In this document: positions 28,849 through 39,012 of the stretch, piece by piece | How positions within the stretch are numbered: the stretch's first letter is position 1 | Layout of the letters: the number at the start of each line of letters is the position of its first letter | Notes under the pieces: generated by a model | What the model saw: the letters and a program-made list of their open reading frames with translations, nothing else | The model's database searches: none | What the model was told of the DNA's origin: nothing | IMG/VR virus record: IMGVR_UViG_3300021356_000002 | Origin: a virus | Direction: 5' to 3' (one strand) | DNA: 64,000 nt | Made by a program: the position numbers and the translations under genes

Positions 28849-29509
28849 TATACATTTTCTTCCGTATCACGTCATTGCCTTTTTGACCAGTCCAATGCAT
28901 AGCCAACTTTTTAGGAGAATCTTCGCCGTCGATGATTTGAATGCGAAGCCAATTGTATATATTTGGTATGTCCGAGATGTGTGTCAGTCGCATCAAAGGG
29001 TTGAGATTCACAATGCTGTGTAACACTTCTTGATCTCCGACATTAGGCTTACCACGACACTCGTTAGCCCACTTATGCAACATTGCTGGCTTACCACGAA
29101 TTGCTATAACGCCAGAGTTGTGCCACTTTTCGCCTCGACGCTTGCTCCAAGGCTTGTCTTCGACCATACCAATCTTGTTATCTTCAACGTACTTAAAAAT
29201 GCCAGACATGTCGCCTAGCACTTCGATGTCAGTATCAATCCAACACGTCTCTACACAAGGAGAGGCTAGCATCGCAGTTGGCTTATAAAACCAACCACCA
29301 ACACGTTGTTTCGGAATCTCGATAATGTCAGCAAAGGCACTTACTTGCCAAATCCAAGATCGCATCTCTTCGCTAACACCAAAGTCAGCAAATACAATTG
29401 GCGTCTTGTTATGCTTAAGATAGTTCTCTAAGAACCACTTAAGTTGCCATTCAGTCTTTTCATCACATCCCGTGATAAAACATCGCTCATTAGACGGTAA
29501 GGATTTCAT
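28841..29509 (-). CDS. GT-A glycosyltransferase (GT8-like)
   Basis: WIDTDIEV DxD; HNSGV; GDQEVL; MHWTG. Confidence 0.75.
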   Translation of the reverse strand: MKSLPSNERCFITGCDEKTEWQLKWFLENYLKHNKTPIVFADFGVSEEMRSWIWQVSAFADIIEIPKQRVGGWFYKPTAMLASPCVETCWIDTDIEVLGDMSGIFKYVEDNKIGMVEDKPWSKRRGEKWHNSGVIAIRGKPAMLHKWANECRGKPNVGDQEVLHSIVNLNPLMRLTHISDIPNIYNWLRIQIIDGEDSPKKLAMHWTGQKGNDVIRKKMYNE

Positions 29510-30134
29510 AGCCACCATTATAGCCGTGCTTTGCAACACAGCCCTCTAGTCGTTGAATTGTAGTAAACGTTTCTTTTACAACCACTGGCCAAGGGTAATA
29601 CTCTTCAAGCCAAGGGAAGTAATCTGCGTTCAAGTAAATGTCAGTAGGTCTAGCATCTGTCTTTGCTCGATGCAATAAAGTCTTAGCACCAACAGGCTTA
29701 AGACGATAAGCATGAGCACCAGGAAAGTATCTTTTACTTGACAGTGGTCCAACACCAATTTTCATCGGCGTTTCGAATCGTCCATAGCTAGGAGCACCCA
29801 ATGAAATACACCCTTGATACGGTATAAACTTTGGAATGTTGTTAGTACATACTGCGTCATGCTCAAAGATTTGGTACTCAGTCTTTTCTTCGTAGCACTT
29901 CTCCCATAACGAGTGATGAGAAAGAAAGGCTGATACACAGTTTTCGATGCGTGAGTATCCCTCTTTGAATAGATCGATCGGTATGCCCTTTTTCTCTGCA
30001 ATCTTAAACGGATTGTCTTTTGGCGTGATTGCAGGAAACATCTCAATGTTGTACTCAGGCATTGAGTCGATGCACCGTTGTGCACTCTCAACAGACCTTG
30101 GCTCAGACATAATTGTAATTACGTATGATTTCAA
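29490..30134 (-). CDS. Glycosyltransferase family 25
   Basis: SYVITI; SAFLSHHSLWEKC; IFEHDA; GAHAY.LKP.GAK.L. Confidence 0.8.
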   Translation of the reverse strand: MKSYVITIMSEPRSVESAQRCIDSMPEYNIEMFPAITPKDNPFKIAEKKGIPIDLFKEGYSRIENCVSAFLSHHSLWEKCYEEKTEYQIFEHDAVCTNNIPKFIPYQGCISLGAPSYGRFETPMKIGVGPLSSKRYFPGAHAYRLKPVGAKTLLHRAKTDARPTDIYLNADYFPWLEEYYPWPVVVKETFTTIQRLEGCVAKHGYNGGYEILTV

Positions 30135-30922
30135 AATATCATTCTCACTTTTTCTCGGTCAACTTTTCTAACAGACCTTGAAAGACCAGCACCACCATCG
30201 TAGTGTTTCCATCGATGATGACTTGTGCCATCAACCATAATTTGCCACCAACCAAACTCTGCGGCTAGCAGTTTCTTTTCTTTATGTAGCGTTTGCACAA
30301 ACTCGCTATTCCAATCGTCTCTTCGATGTATTATCAGACCTTGATCTTGAAACATGTCAAAGCATATCGGCGCGTCAATCGTGCCATCAGGTCTTCGATG
30401 TTTGATATGCGGCGCATGAGTGCCGTGATCTTCGCCTATGTGCAAAAGATCATCCCAATAATCTGATCGTGTGTTTATAGAAATTACACAGGAGTTATTA
30501 TAGCATTCTTTTGCATACGATGTAAAGTCTATTAGAGGCGAAACCCACGTGTCCCATCTAACACGAACAATCACATCATACTTTGATCCGTGTAACTGCA
30601 TAAGATGATCATGCAGTAGCATCTGCTTTGTTTGGTGCAGATGCCGTTCGTTTGGATTCTTCAGTTTTTTCTTGTATTGATAATGTTCGCTGGCGGTAGG
30701 ATTATCTAGATATGGACTGTAGTGAATATCAAAGTTAGGTATCTTTTCTAAATCACCCAGTGAGATCGTATTCAGCAGTCTTCGATGTTGCTCAACTTCA
30801 TAGTCCCATACCAAATACTTAAACTCCGCAGTGGGAAATCCATTCTCTAAAAGGTCGAGACAATATCTTGCGTCATCGAAATCATTTCGAATTTGACCTG
30901 TAACGAAGACGCCTATTTTCAT
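30131..30922 (-). CDS. Putative glycosyltransferase-like protein
   Basis: MKIGVFVTGQIR..YDVIVRVRWD; paralogue of 34586-35326. Confidence 0.55.
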   Translation of the reverse strand: MKIGVFVTGQIRNDFDDARYCLDLLENGFPTAEFKYLVWDYEVEQHRRLLNTISLGDLEKIPNFDIHYSPYLDNPTASEHYQYKKKLKNPNERHLHQTKQMLLHDHLMQLHGSKYDVIVRVRWDTWVSPLIDFTSYAKECYNNSCVISINTRSDYWDDLLHIGEDHGTHAPHIKHRRPDGTIDAPICFDMFQDQGLIIHRRDDWNSEFVQTLHKEKKLLAAEFGWWQIMVDGTSHHRWKHYDGGAGLSRSVRKVDREKVRMIF

Positions 30923-31629
30923 AACGTTGTAGTCGATTCAACGCCTTGCACTTTTGTGTTGAACATCGTAACAATGCCGAGTTTCTTAGGCATTAGCTGG
31001 CGGCACATAATTGCATCGTTTGGCCATGCACCATACTCCGATACAAGTTTAAGAAGTTTACGTGCTCCTTCTGGTTTAATGAAGTATGCAGAGTTGCCAG
31101 GCAGACCTTGAGGAATTTGATCTTGATCAATCTTAGGCACAGGCACAACTTTCTCGGGCAGTCTCAACTTAACTGCTTGGTAGTATTCGCTAGATTTGCG
31201 AGTAGCACCACGAGGATCATTTAATGCAATAATGTCAAAAGAACTCTCGTTTAACATAGTCACGTCTACTCGCTCAATGAACTCTGCATCGTGTTCGAAG
31301 ATAAACATACCCTCTTCATTTTTTGCACACATTTTCCACAAAAGATAGTGCGACAAAAAACAGGCAATACGTTTCTCTGATACGGCGGTGACGTAAGGAT
31401 GTTTCCATAGTCCTGTTTGCATGTCAAGCACAGGTTCCGTTAGTGGATAGTTCCACTTGAGATTGTGCAACTGCATCAGAGAAATTACTCGCTCGGGAAT
31501 AATGCCATAGAACTTAATAGGTTCGAACTCATTATTTACTGCTCGGGAAGATTCGATAAGTTTTTCAGCGCAAGACTCTGACAGGTCATTGCCTTGTAAC
31601 GTGATCACATATGCATCATTCATTTCCAA
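30919..31629 (-). CDS. Glycosyltransferase family 25
   Basis: AYVITL; IACFLSHYLLW; IFEHDA; SAYFIKPEGARKL. Confidence 0.8.
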   Translation of the reverse strand: MEMNDAYVITLQGNDLSESCAEKLIESSRAVNNEFEPIKFYGIIPERVISLMQLHNLKWNYPLTEPVLDMQTGLWKHPYVTAVSEKRIACFLSHYLLWKMCAKNEEGMFIFEHDAEFIERVDVTMLNESSFDIIALNDPRGATRKSSEYYQAVKLRLPEKVVPVPKIDQDQIPQGLPGNSAYFIKPEGARKLLKLVSEYGAWPNDAIMCRQLMPKKLGIVTMFNTKVQGVESTTTL

Positions 31630-32135
31630 GTCTTCTCTCGTGAATTAGATTTAGGGAACTGAGATAACTTCGTTTCAATCCCAAGAAAGTCTGTAACTTT
31701 GCTTACAGGATCGCCACCAATAATATCAAGAATCAACAAGTCATCGGGTCGATCACTGAAATAGTTTCGAACGTCTTGATCATGGCGCTCGTACGCTTTC
31801 CCGTACGTCTCACGATCCCAGTCTACGCTTCCGTACACCTGTCTGCGAATCTCTAACTGCGCCGATGCTTGATTGACACGTCCTTTCTTTCGAAGAAAGT
31901 ATGGCTCTACTGCATCGACCCAGTTATCACGAACCGTATAAATGAACTTAGACTTAGGAAACATCTTATCGAGTTTCTTATAATGTAGTACAACGGGTAT
32001 GTCGCTTGCACCGTCGCCAAAGCCACCGAACAGTTGTGTCTCATTCGGATAGTGTAGAATGTTATAGCCACAGCGAGCCATAAAATCGCTGAAGCTTGTA
32101 GTGCCTGTACGAGACAAGCCGATACAATAGATCAT
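31620..32135 (-). CDS. Sulfotransferase family protein
   Basis: IGLSRTGTTS PAPS loop; P.SKFIYTVR; V..YF..RP.DLL. Confidence 0.82.
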   Translation of the reverse strand: MIYCIGLSRTGTTSFSDFMARCGYNILHYPNETQLFGGFGDGASDIPVVLHYKKLDKMFPKSKFIYTVRDNWVDAVEPYFLRKKGRVNQASAQLEIRRQVYGSVDWDRETYGKAYERHDQDVRNYFSDRPDDLLILDIIGGDPVSKVTDFLGIETKLSQFPKSNSREKTWK

Positions 32136-32977
32136 CGAATCATTACGCCGTTTTGCATTTGTGTCCATTCAGTCTTGGGTCGATTCGCAACTGTCCAGTG
32201 CCATTTGTCAGACTGATTATCAGCACCTCTCATTTGAATGTGCACGAACTTAGTATTCTTTGTTTTAGAATCAACAGCAAGTCGAGCAAACCCAGAACCG
32301 TTGTCGTATGGATCCCATGTGATACAGCGATTCCATTCGGTGTCTATCTCAACGAAGTCAATGTCCATAGATGTTGCCATTGCATGTAGATAACCCTGAT
32401 CAGTGCCATACACTTTGCCACCACAGATAGGATCACGATCAACTAATTGAACGTACTCTTGAAACGGCTTAAACTGTTCACGGCATTTGCGTAGACCAGC
32501 ATTAGAGTATAACACAACACCTGAGTTGAATACAAGTAGGCGATTTTTATCGTCGCGCGGCAAATCACAGCCGTACTTTTCTGTCACCAGTTTAGCCCAG
32601 TGTTCTTCGGTTTTCGAATTGCACTGCTTGTTCAGTTTTTTGTCGTACCGATACTGAGGCTGTAAAGGCTCTTGACCCATGCCTAGTTCACCAGTAAATG
32701 ATTCGAAAACGTTTTCTTCTAGTCCATCGACTGGAAATATATCAGTATCGCAAAACAGAATATTATCGTAATCAAGATATTTGTCGTCGAAGACAGGCTT
32801 GAAACATCCATAATAAGGGGTTACTCTTCCTAATCCATACTTCTTACCGAACTGTGCATTTCTATCGAACACATACTCAGCACCAATTCGCTCTGCATAT
32901 TCGCGCATACAGTCAGAGCCGTACTGTGCGCTAGGTCGAACATTGCCGTCCCAATACTGATAAATTACATTCTTCAT
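32132..32977 (-). CDS. GT-A glycosyltransferase
   Basis: YD.ILF.DTDI; FNSGVV; DQGYL; WN; FVHI. Confidence 0.75.
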   Translation of the reverse strand: MKNVIYQYWDGNVRPSAQYGSDCMREYAERIGAEYVFDRNAQFGKKYGLGRVTPYYGCFKPVFDDKYLDYDNILFCDTDIFPVDGLEENVFESFTGELGMGQEPLQPQYRYDKKLNKQCNSKTEEHWAKLVTEKYGCDLPRDDKNRLLVFNSGVVLYSNAGLRKCREQFKPFQEYVQLVDRDPICGGKVYGTDQGYLHAMATSMDIDFVEIDTEWNRCITWDPYDNGSGFARLAVDSKTKNTKFVHIQMRGADNQSDKWHWTVANRPKTEWTQMQNGVMIR

Positions 32978-33909
32978 GAGTAATGCTCCATGTACCATTT
33001 TACAAAGTTGTCAACACCCTCTTCGATTGGCGTAGAAGGATTGTAACCAAGTTTCTGAAGTTTTGTTGTGTCGCTCCAGGTCTCTGTCGCATCAGCGGGA
33101 TGCTTAGGTCCATAGTTCTTATTAGCCTTTTTGCCCAACGATGTTTCGATAGCAGTAACAAATCGCTCAAGTTCAACCTGCTTACCGTAGCCAATATTGT
33201 ACATGTCACGAGGCGTCATGTTATTGGCAACAAGCCAGATGCCCTGCACAATGTCATCGATGTACGTAAAGTCACGCTTCATGTCACCGTAGTTAAACAG
33301 AGTGATTTCATTACCTGCCAGAATGTTCTTCGTAAAGTCAAACAGAGCCATGTCAGGTCTTCCCCACGGACCATACACAGTAAAGAATCTCATGCCAACA
33401 GCGTTCGGAATCTTAGAGATCGCAAACTGCGACTCGTTGATGCACTTTGTATAGCCATACGGATTGATCTGCTGATACAGATAGTCATCTTCTTTCCATG
33501 GTAATGGATTGCCGTGCATCACACAAGACGTAGAAGCATAGATGACGTTTTCAACACCAGCCTCTTCACAAGCCTTAATCAAGTTCAAAGAACCCGTCAC
33601 GTTGTTATCAACGTACTCTTGAGGATTGTCCATCGAGTATCGAACGCCTGCCATGGCACCAAGATGCACTACTAGATCAGGCTTAACGTCTTTTATCCAG
33701 TCTGAGAAATCGTCGAGATTTTTTAGATCCATATTACGACAAATGATGCCGTGATCAACATTCAGTTTACCTGCTCGCTTCATCTTTAGCGAGGGATCAT
33801 AGTATGAATTAAAATTATCAAAGCCAGTTACGAAATGTCCGGCTTGCTTGAAATGAACAGCAGTATGAAATCCAATAAAACCTGCCATTCCTGTAATCAT
33901 TACTTTCAT
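32974..33909 (-). CDS. NAD-dependent epimerase, UDP-glucuronate 4-epimerase type
   Basis: TGMAGFIG; AGVRYS; YGYTK; RFFTVYGPWGRPDMA; RDFTYIDD. Confidence 0.92.
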   Translation of the reverse strand: MKVMITGMAGFIGFHTAVHFKQAGHFVTGFDNFNSYYDPSLKMKRAGKLNVDHGIICRNMDLKNLDDFSDWIKDVKPDLVVHLGAMAGVRYSMDNPQEYVDNNVTGSLNLIKACEEAGVENVIYASTSCVMHGNPLPWKEDDYLYQQINPYGYTKCINESQFAISKIPNAVGMRFFTVYGPWGRPDMALFDFTKNILAGNEITLFNYGDMKRDFTYIDDIVQGIWLVANNMTPRDMYNIGYGKQVELERFVTAIETSLGKKANKNYGPKHPADATETWSDTTKLQKLGYNPSTPIEEGVDNFVKWYMEHYS

Positions 33910-34589
33910 TCAAGTATTCCTTGCGATACTAATTTTCTATAGTTCAAAATCTTGTCTTGTTTTGGCGATGGTCTGCCGGGCGTGTTCTTCATCTTACGCC
34001 TTACGTGGATTATATATCCATCACTTACGTTCTCTTCAAACGACGACCGATTCCACTTGTCTTCGTCGAGATAGACATCAGGCGTTTCTTTGAGATTTGC
34101 TTTGATAGCGAGACGATGCATGATGCCTTCGTCTTCGTAGTTGTTATTAAAATGATCCATCTCCCAGTCTACCATGTGCACTCGGAGTTTCTTGCGAATG
34201 TCTTTGTCTAGACGATAGATGGATCCACCCCAATATGGATATCTGGTGTCACCAAGTAAAGGGAATCTTTGAAAGAGTTTCTGTCGTAGCGAAGGCTGAA
34301 TGCCAAAGTGACGACCAATGCCTGTATCGTCAGTGAAGATGTTCTTTGTCATACCCTTGCGAGTAAACATGTCGATGTCCATCATGACGACCATATCGTA
34401 CTCATCGAACTGCGAGTCAAGCATTATCATCTTTTGGCATGGTGCTGATAGATGTTTTCTAAACACGTTACCAGATATCAACTGGTAGTCTGCACCGCAT
34501 AACTTAGCATACTCTTCGATGTTTGCTTTTGAACGTTCTTCTAGTTCACCTAGAGGTCCTGTCCAGTGCTGTAGTATGATCTTCTTCAT
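33906..34589 (-). CDS. GT-A glycosyltransferase
   Basis: YD.VVM.DIDMF; DEGIMH; WN; IIH. Confidence 0.65.
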   Translation of the reverse strand: MKKIILQHWTGPLGELEERSKANIEEYAKLCGADYQLISGNVFRKHLSAPCQKMIMLDSQFDEYDMVVMMDIDMFTRKGMTKNIFTDDTGIGRHFGIQPSLRQKLFQRFPLLGDTRYPYWGGSIYRLDKDIRKKLRVHMVDWEMDHFNNNYEDEGIMHRLAIKANLKETPDVYLDEDKWNRSSFEENVSDGYIIHVRRKMKNTPGRPSPKQDKILNYRKLVSQGILE

Positions 34590-35326
34590 CTAAAGAATCT
34601 TTCCAAAACGTTTTTGTCATGATTGACCCAGCCGTCAAAGCATCGATGTGTGCTACCGTTAGGCTTGCTCAACACTTGATACCAACCCATCTCTGCGGGA
34701 TGCAAGCGTTGCTCTTCGTGTAACCTATCGACGTACGCCCTATCGATAAAACTCATCGGATGCATAATCAACTGATCGACGATCCAATTGTGATGTCTAC
34801 CAGCAGGATTAGTATCAAACTGACGCAACATATCAAAGTAATTTTGTTTCGTGGCTGAGAACGAATTGATACGGTTGTTCTCATAAGTGTCGATCACATA
34901 AGGTATAAAATCTGCGTCTTTGTATATCCACGTATCAAATCGTGCACGAACCACCACATCATAATCATCCTTTATCTTATCACAAAGCCATGCATGAATC
35001 AAGTGTTGTTTAGTGTGATGTGAAGTCCACTCACGCCTGTGCATACCACCTCGCTGTATAAACGATTTGGTCTCTGCGAAACGATTAGACTCCCAGTGTT
35101 CTGGCGGAATGTCGAAGTAAGGATGATAGCCTATGTCAGGCTCAGGATAATAGTGTGCAGTTTCTTCGGGAAAATTGTTTTCAAACGTTCTCTGAAAACT
35201 AGACCACGTAGCGAAGTGATAATCATAGTCTGGGAAGAATTGCTTGACTCTACTTAGATTTTTTTGCAGATTGGTGTTAGGATTCTTACTGACGCAAGCG
35301 CCAGAAATACAGACTGCAACTCTCAT
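34586..35326 (-). CDS. Putative glycosyltransferase-like protein
   Basis: MRVAVCISG..H.TKQ.L.H..YDVVVRARFD..AE.GW.Q. Confidence 0.55.
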   Translation of the reverse strand: MRVAVCISGACVSKNPNTNLQKNLSRVKQFFPDYDYHFATWSSFQRTFENNFPEETAHYYPEPDIGYHPYFDIPPEHWESNRFAETKSFIQRGGMHRREWTSHHTKQHLIHAWLCDKIKDDYDVVVRARFDTWIYKDADFIPYVIDTYENNRINSFSATKQNYFDMLRQFDTNPAGRHHNWIVDQLIMHPMSFIDRAYVDRLHEEQRLHPAEMGWYQVLSKPNGSTHRCFDGWVNHDKNVLERFFR

Positions 35327-35328
35327 AA

Positions 35329-35991
35329 TTAAACTCGCTGAAAGAAATGATCTACATGAAACTGATCGACCTGTTTATAGTTTAAATCTTTCAGCAGAGC
35401 AAAGCACTCTTCTGTATTAGGATTTAAATTGTTGAATTCAATTTGAAGCAAGGGCCAATCATTTTCTTCTAGTGTATGTAGCATTCCCTTAAGAGGACGA
35501 AGCACAAAGCCTTCTGTATCAATTTTAATAAAATCAATTTCGGTGAATTGGTAATCGTCTACTACTCTTGTCTCCATCTTGATTTCTTTAGGATTGTAAC
35601 CCGCTCTGGTTTTATAGTGGCGCGTTTCGTCCGTAAGAATTAAAGACAGACCAGTATTGCCCGCCCGCATAATCATTGTCATCTCTTCGTCTGCATCAGA
35701 AACAGCATAAGGATACACTTCGATGTTAGTGACATGACTCAGATTTCGATTCATTATCTCATGATAGAGAGGTTCGAACGAATAGACTTGCTCAAAGTTA
35801 TTAGCATAACGTAGTGCTGTAGTCCCAATGTGACCACCAATATCTAAACAGCCACGCTTTTGATCTAGATATTTCTCTGCGATTTCCCAATCAGGCAGAG
35901 TCATTGAATAGAGTTCGCCTCTACTTTTAAATCCTTGGTAGAAACTATCTCCTTGAAATAACTCCCAGTCGCTCGGTTCTTCAAATTTCAT
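35329..35991 (-). CDS. FkbM family methyltransferase
   Basis: LDIGGHIG; VYSFEP; IDFIKIDTEG. Confidence 0.9.
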   Translation of the reverse strand: MKFEEPSDWELFQGDSFYQGFKSRGELYSMTLPDWEIAEKYLDQKRGCLDIGGHIGTTALRYANNFEQVYSFEPLYHEIMNRNLSHVTNIEVYPYAVSDADEEMTMIMRAGNTGLSLILTDETRHYKTRAGYNPKEIKMETRVVDDYQFTEIDFIKIDTEGFVLRPLKGMLHTLEENDWPLLQIEFNNLNPNTEECFALLKDLNYKQVDQFHVDHFFQRV

Positions 35992-37336
35992 TATCGAAGT
36001 TCTTCAAGTAGTAATCTAGATCCTCAGGTGTTCCCAAGCCCCACATCTTGGTCGCTTCATGTGTACGAATCGTTTTACAATCTTGAATTGCTTCGTTAAA
36101 CACTGGGCAGACATAAAACTCATTGTTGACACGAATGTCTTTTTCAATCATCTGCTTTGCGTACTTGACAAAATCTCTGCCGTGCTTCCAGTAGTAGTAA
36201 CCGACAGTAGCGTTGTCGCTAATAGGATTCTTTTCTGCAACTTCAGTAACAAAGCCGTTATCGTCTACTCTGGCAAACGACCATTTAGGGTGAGTGGCTT
36301 TGAACGTAACAATGCCACCATCGGCTTGTGTTTCCTGCATCTTGTACATGAAGTCAACAGGATCCCATTCGACGTACTGGTCACTGTTCGCAAAGAAGAG
36401 CGGTGCGTCCCAGTCAATAAATTCTTCTGCGAGTAGTGCAGTACATGCCGCACCCTCAGTCATGCCATCGACCTCGACAATCTTACAGTTCGGCGCAATG
36501 AGACCAAGCATGGTGTCTAGGTTGTATTGCTCTCGGTGCTCTTTCTGCACAACAAAAATAAAGTTTGCATCAAGACCTAGATTCTCTACAACAACTTGAA
36601 TCATTGGCTTGCCATCTACATCAATCAATGGCTTAGGAAATGTATAGCCTGCTTGTGCGAATCGAGAGCCAGCGCCTGCCATCGGAATCAACACGTTCAA
36701 CTTATCATCTTTCCACTTATTCACAATTGGCTCTCCATTAATCTTAGGCATTATATTTTCGACTGTCACTTGTGACGGGTCTGTTACTCTTATATATTTG
36801 GCTCTAGAACGTTCAGCCGCCAGCAGTCCGGGCGGTGAGTCTTCTATAATAATCGTCTCTTCGGGCAGACAGTTCATCATCGACATAGCTTTCCAATACA
36901 TCTCAGGATGTGGCTTGCTATTCTTTACGTCTTCGTTAGAAATGATGACTGAGCAGTGTTCGATAAGTTCAGACTTTGCGAGTGACGTTAGCACAGTTGA
37001 ACGAATGCTATTAGAACATACACCAATTTTGTAGCCATTTTCAACCAATCTGTTGAATAGCTCGACGATTTGTGCCTGAGGTTTAAGTTCGCGAATTTCG
37101 AAGTGCGTCAGAAGTTGTTTGCGATTGTAAACTCGATCATGCTCTTCAAGAGGCAAGCCCTTGTTTCGTGTAAGCATATCAAGTTTCTGACGGGTCTTGT
37201 GACCATCGTAGATGTTAAGATGTTCTTCAGGAGTGATTGCATAGTCCTTACCGAGCGCCTCGTTTAGCGTTCGGTAATGGATGTCTTTTGCGTCGATCAA
37301 TACCCCATCAAGGTCGAATAATATAAGTTTGATCAT
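35981..37336 (-). CDS. HAD phosphatase fused to sugar-phosphate nucleotidyltransferase
   Basis: FDLDGVL, KPHP, EDS; then IPMAGAGSRF..PKPLI..EKNPIS..GLGTPEDL. Confidence 0.9.
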   Translation of the reverse strand: MIKLILFDLDGVLIDAKDIHYRTLNEALGKDYAITPEEHLNIYDGHKTRQKLDMLTRNKGLPLEEHDRVYNRKQLLTHFEIRELKPQAQIVELFNRLVENGYKIGVCSNSIRSTVLTSLAKSELIEHCSVIISNEDVKNSKPHPEMYWKAMSMMNCLPEETIIIEDSPPGLLAAERSRAKYIRVTDPSQVTVENIMPKINGEPIVNKWKDDKLNVLIPMAGAGSRFAQAGYTFPKPLIDVDGKPMIQVVVENLGLDANFIFVVQKEHREQYNLDTMLGLIAPNCKIVEVDGMTEGAACTALLAEEFIDWDAPLFFANSDQYVEWDPVDFMYKMQETQADGGIVTFKATHPKWSFARVDDNGFVTEVAEKNPISDNATVGYYYWKHGRDFVKYAKQMIEKDIRVNNEFYVCPVFNEAIQDCKTIRTHEATKMWGLGTPEDLDYYLKNFDNEI

Positions 37337-37338
37337 GT

Positions 37339-37905
37339 TTAAGAACTTGTGTCGCGGTATCTCACTGGGTAGTCTGTACAGATTGCGTTAAAATCCGTAG
37401 TGTCTGTGTTGTGTCTTTCGGGCATCATCGCAATTGTTGTAGGAGTTACGTCAATATGAAGAGGACAATGTTTATCAGGATACGCAACGATGCTTGACTG
37501 TGATGTTAATGTATAATCATCACTATCGTGGAAAAAATATTCGAATGCAGGACCATGTTCTACTGTCATCCCAATCATGTGAGCCAAAGCTTCGCCATTT
37601 TTACAATGGATTAACAGACGATTTGAGCGATTGATAAAAAATCTATCGATGACATAATTGTCAAAGATGTCGCTGTCGCTTGGATAATCGTGACCCAGAA
37701 CCATAGTACCATTGATGTTCCAAACATCAACTTCAACTTTAAATCCTTGACCAATTGCAGAGTCGATGTGTGAAATCGTATTCTCTAGTTCTGGATTAGG
37801 TCCGTAGAGATTGCCTCTGTGCGCAATATAAGTTTTTGACACTTCTGTAGCGAATTCATCACCGCCAGAATCCGTCATGCCATCTGAGTCTATAAAGTCT
37901 GTCAT
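37339..37905 (-). CDS. GDPD/PLC-like phosphodiesterase
   Basis: IAHRGN..EN..VEVDVW..LGHD..HCKN..ICTDY. Confidence 0.8.
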   Translation of the reverse strand: MTDFIDSDGMTDSGGDEFATEVSKTYIAHRGNLYGPNPELENTISHIDSAIGQGFKVEVDVWNINGTMVLGHDYPSDSDIFDNYVIDRFFINRSNRLLIHCKNGEALAHMIGMTVEHGPAFEYFFHDSDDYTLTSQSSIVAYPDKHCPLHIDVTPTTIAMMPERHNTDTTDFNAICTDYPVRYRDTSS

Positions 37906-38444
37906 TTAAACCAACTCACTAATACTAGTCTATGTCCTTGTTGAACCTGCGTAACACCGTGCAGAGTTTTGCCGTCGTAGATCATTGACTGACCGTCAGT
38001 CGTTTCCACGATTACCGGTATAATATCTCTTCCATATGGACCATGACCATTACCGGTTCTCTTCGCATATTTGAATGCGGGTCTTGGCTTCCTATTGTAT
38101 TTATCATAAATCAAACTACCACCACCAATTAAATCTTTCGTTTCTATCATGGTAATGATAGTTAATTTTATGACTTTATCATCGTCTGTATGTATTCTGG
38201 TAAATGCATCCTTTCCATACATTACAAAATAATGAGCGTGAGTAGTGAGACCTTCACTTTCGCCTCTCGCAGAAATTTTCTGTATGATGTCATTCCACTG
38301 TTTAGGATGTATGTCCCGTTTGTCTACATCAAACAAATTGTAATCTTGATGAGCAAGTTGAGGATCGAGGGTGTTGAATAGTTCTCTAAGTTCTGCTCTC
38401 TCTTCCTCGGTAATCAGTTGCTCTATCTTATAGTTAGTAGTCAT
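37902..38444 (-). CDS. 2OG-Fe(II) oxygenase
   Basis: HTD...HGVT.V..G.R.VLVSW. Confidence 0.82.
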   Translation of the reverse strand: MTTNYKIEQLITEEERAELRELFNTLDPQLAHQDYNLFDVDKRDIHPKQWNDIIQKISARGESEGLTTHAHYFVMYGKDAFTRIHTDDDKVIKLTIITMIETKDLIGGGSLIYDKYNRKPRPAFKYAKRTGNGHGPYGRDIIPVIVETTDGQSMIYDGKTLHGVTQVQQGHRLVLVSWFK

Positions 38445-39012
38445 GTCTCAGTGCTAAACCAGAGTAGACTCCTTCGCTGTTGTATATAGTAGAAAGATTC
38501 AACTCAACATTTAGAAAACCAAACGTGCGAAAAAATTCACGCCACATGGCTTTTGTCCATCGAACGACATGCGTAGGATCAACTCGCGAACATTCCAACA
38601 CGTAGTCTTCACCAGGCTTTGCGCAGATCGGCATACGAAATACGATTGCCTTGGTCTTGATGTTTTTAAAAAAGTTTTCAAGCGCATCATAGTCCATGTG
38701 TTCGAACACGTCAAGACCAAACACTACACCGTGATTCGTTGACCAATCTACTTCACCTCTAGCATCGTGTCCACGTTCTCGTGCTTTAGCTAAAGCCCAT
38801 GTTGAGATGTCTACACCATAGCAGTCTAGATTTCTGCCCTCAAGACCCTTGAGTAAAAAGCCAACAGCACAGCCGAAATCAAGTACTGGCTCTTGTAGTA
38901 GATTCATCTTACCTAAGAAATCACTGACTTCTTCTGCGAGACGAATGTAACGATCTTGTCGGTCTAGGTAGTTGGTGTAGTTGTTGCTTTCATAATATTC
39001 CTTGTCAAACAT
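38434..39012 (-). CDS. Class I SAM-dependent methyltransferase
   Basis: VLDFGCAVG; GVDIS; DVFEH; DPTH. Confidence 0.85.
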   Translation of the reverse strand: MFDKEYYESNNYTNYLDRQDRYIRLAEEVSDFLGKMNLLQEPVLDFGCAVGFLLKGLEGRNLDCYGVDISTWALAKARERGHDARGEVDWSTNHGVVFGLDVFEHMDYDALENFFKNIKTKAIVFRMPICAKPGEDYVLECSRVDPTHVVRWTKAMWREFFRTFGFLNVELNLSTIYNSEGVYSGLALRHDY

